Source of the DNA: Squalus acanthias
Taxonomy: Eukaryota
NCBI GenBank assembly: GCA_030390025.1
Contig: CM059432.1
Coordinates: forward strand, 23,066,001-23,130,000
Reading direction: 5' to 3'
Length of the DNA stretch: 64,000 nt
Shown here: positions 63,110 to 64,000 of the stretch, piece after piece
How positions within the stretch are numbered: the first letter of the stretch is position 1
How the letters are laid out: each line of letters starts with the position of its first letter
Translations under genes and position numbers: made by a program
Notes under the pieces: generated by a model
Databases searched by the model: none
What the model saw: the letters and a program-made list of their open reading frames with translations, nothing else
What the model was told of the DNA's origin: nothing

Positions 63110-63418
63110 CTCATTGTCTTAGTTGTATCTTGCTATGTCTTTGATATAATGCCTTCCTGACTGACCTGATTGTTTCTCTGCCGAGGTGTGATAAAAGGCA
63201 GTCAGAAAGATTAACTGTAGTCGTCTGACATTGTACGCTGCACAGGCATTGTGCTCTGTCTATATATGCTTTGCCGATTCGTATTCCTTCACTTCACCTG
63301 ACGAAGGAGCAGCAGCTCCGAAAGCTTGTGATTTCAAATAAAACTGTTGGACTATAACCTGGTGTTGTGCGACTTCTCACTTTTGTCCACCCCAGTCCAA
63401 CACCGGCATCTCCGCATC
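63110..63418 (+). mobile_element. Penelope P2 3' fragment
   Basis: Contains ccgaggtgtgataaa and gaaagattaactgta, the hammerhead motif and the P2 tail. Confidence 0.75.
63293..63331 (+). ncRNA. Minimal hammerhead ribozyme motif
   Basis: UCAC-CUGACGA-A-GGAGC(AGCA)GCUCC-GAAA-GC-UU-GUGA. Confidence 0.7.
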
Positions 63419-64000
63419 CTGTTCATTTAACATAGGGCTTTAATATTACAGCTCTGGGTCATATTATAGTATTACTAGAAATTGGGCAGTAAAGGAAAAA
63501 TCCTGATCATAAAGGACGCAGGGTTCACTTATGGGAGAGACTGGTGATGATGAACCTGAAAAAATATCTAGAGCAAACCTGCAATTTAGAACATTCAGCA
63601 AGAGGTCAATGGCTTCAGAAGAGGAGAAAATTGGTGAAGGAAGTGTTTTTGTTAAAGCATAGCACTGGCCCCTGGTCTGCTTTTATCAATCACATTACTG
63701 CCCTCTACTGTCTCCTTTATTTTCAGCATTTACCCTTCTCTCCTCTCGTTAAAGTGTTTAATCTTGCTGGGATGCAATTCCATGGGCACTGTAGCCCTCC
63801 AGTATCTAAACAGTGAGTGTTGGCAAGTTGTGGGCAGATCACAGCCAAACTCAATCCTGGCTTTATTCACTGTCCACACATACATACTTTCCAGCAGGAG
63901 TCATGAGATAGAAATCTAGAGCAGAAACCCTAGCTGATTTTTCTCTTTTTCGTCCCAAGAATACTGAGGCCAATTTTAGCAGGGAGATAGAAAGAAAGAC

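Overview
Eukaryotic intronic DNA, most likely from a shark or ray (HE1-type V-SINE, SacSINE1-like DeuSINEs, CR1/L2/Penelope remnants). Eight short + strand exons (7391-50338) splice in frame into the TSPN/LamG domain and the start of the Gly-X-Y region of a FACIT collagen, best matching COL22A1. Most of the rest is transposon sequence. Three things stand out. (1) An apparently complete 4,163-bp two-gene PIF/Harbinger transposon (32620-36782) with perfect 12-bp TIRs, a GAT TSD, an uninterrupted DDE transposase and a 3-exon Myb/SANT-like partner gene. It is accompanied by a deletion derivative, related MITEs and decayed relatives whose insertion sites share an A(-4)/T(+4) target signature. (2) Eight minimal hammerhead-ribozyme motifs in two Penelope-like families, with a compensatory base-pair change. 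(3) One MITE family that hosts different G-rich minisatellites in different copies. Family names come from motif recognition only; no database search was run, and the ends of old repeats are approximate.
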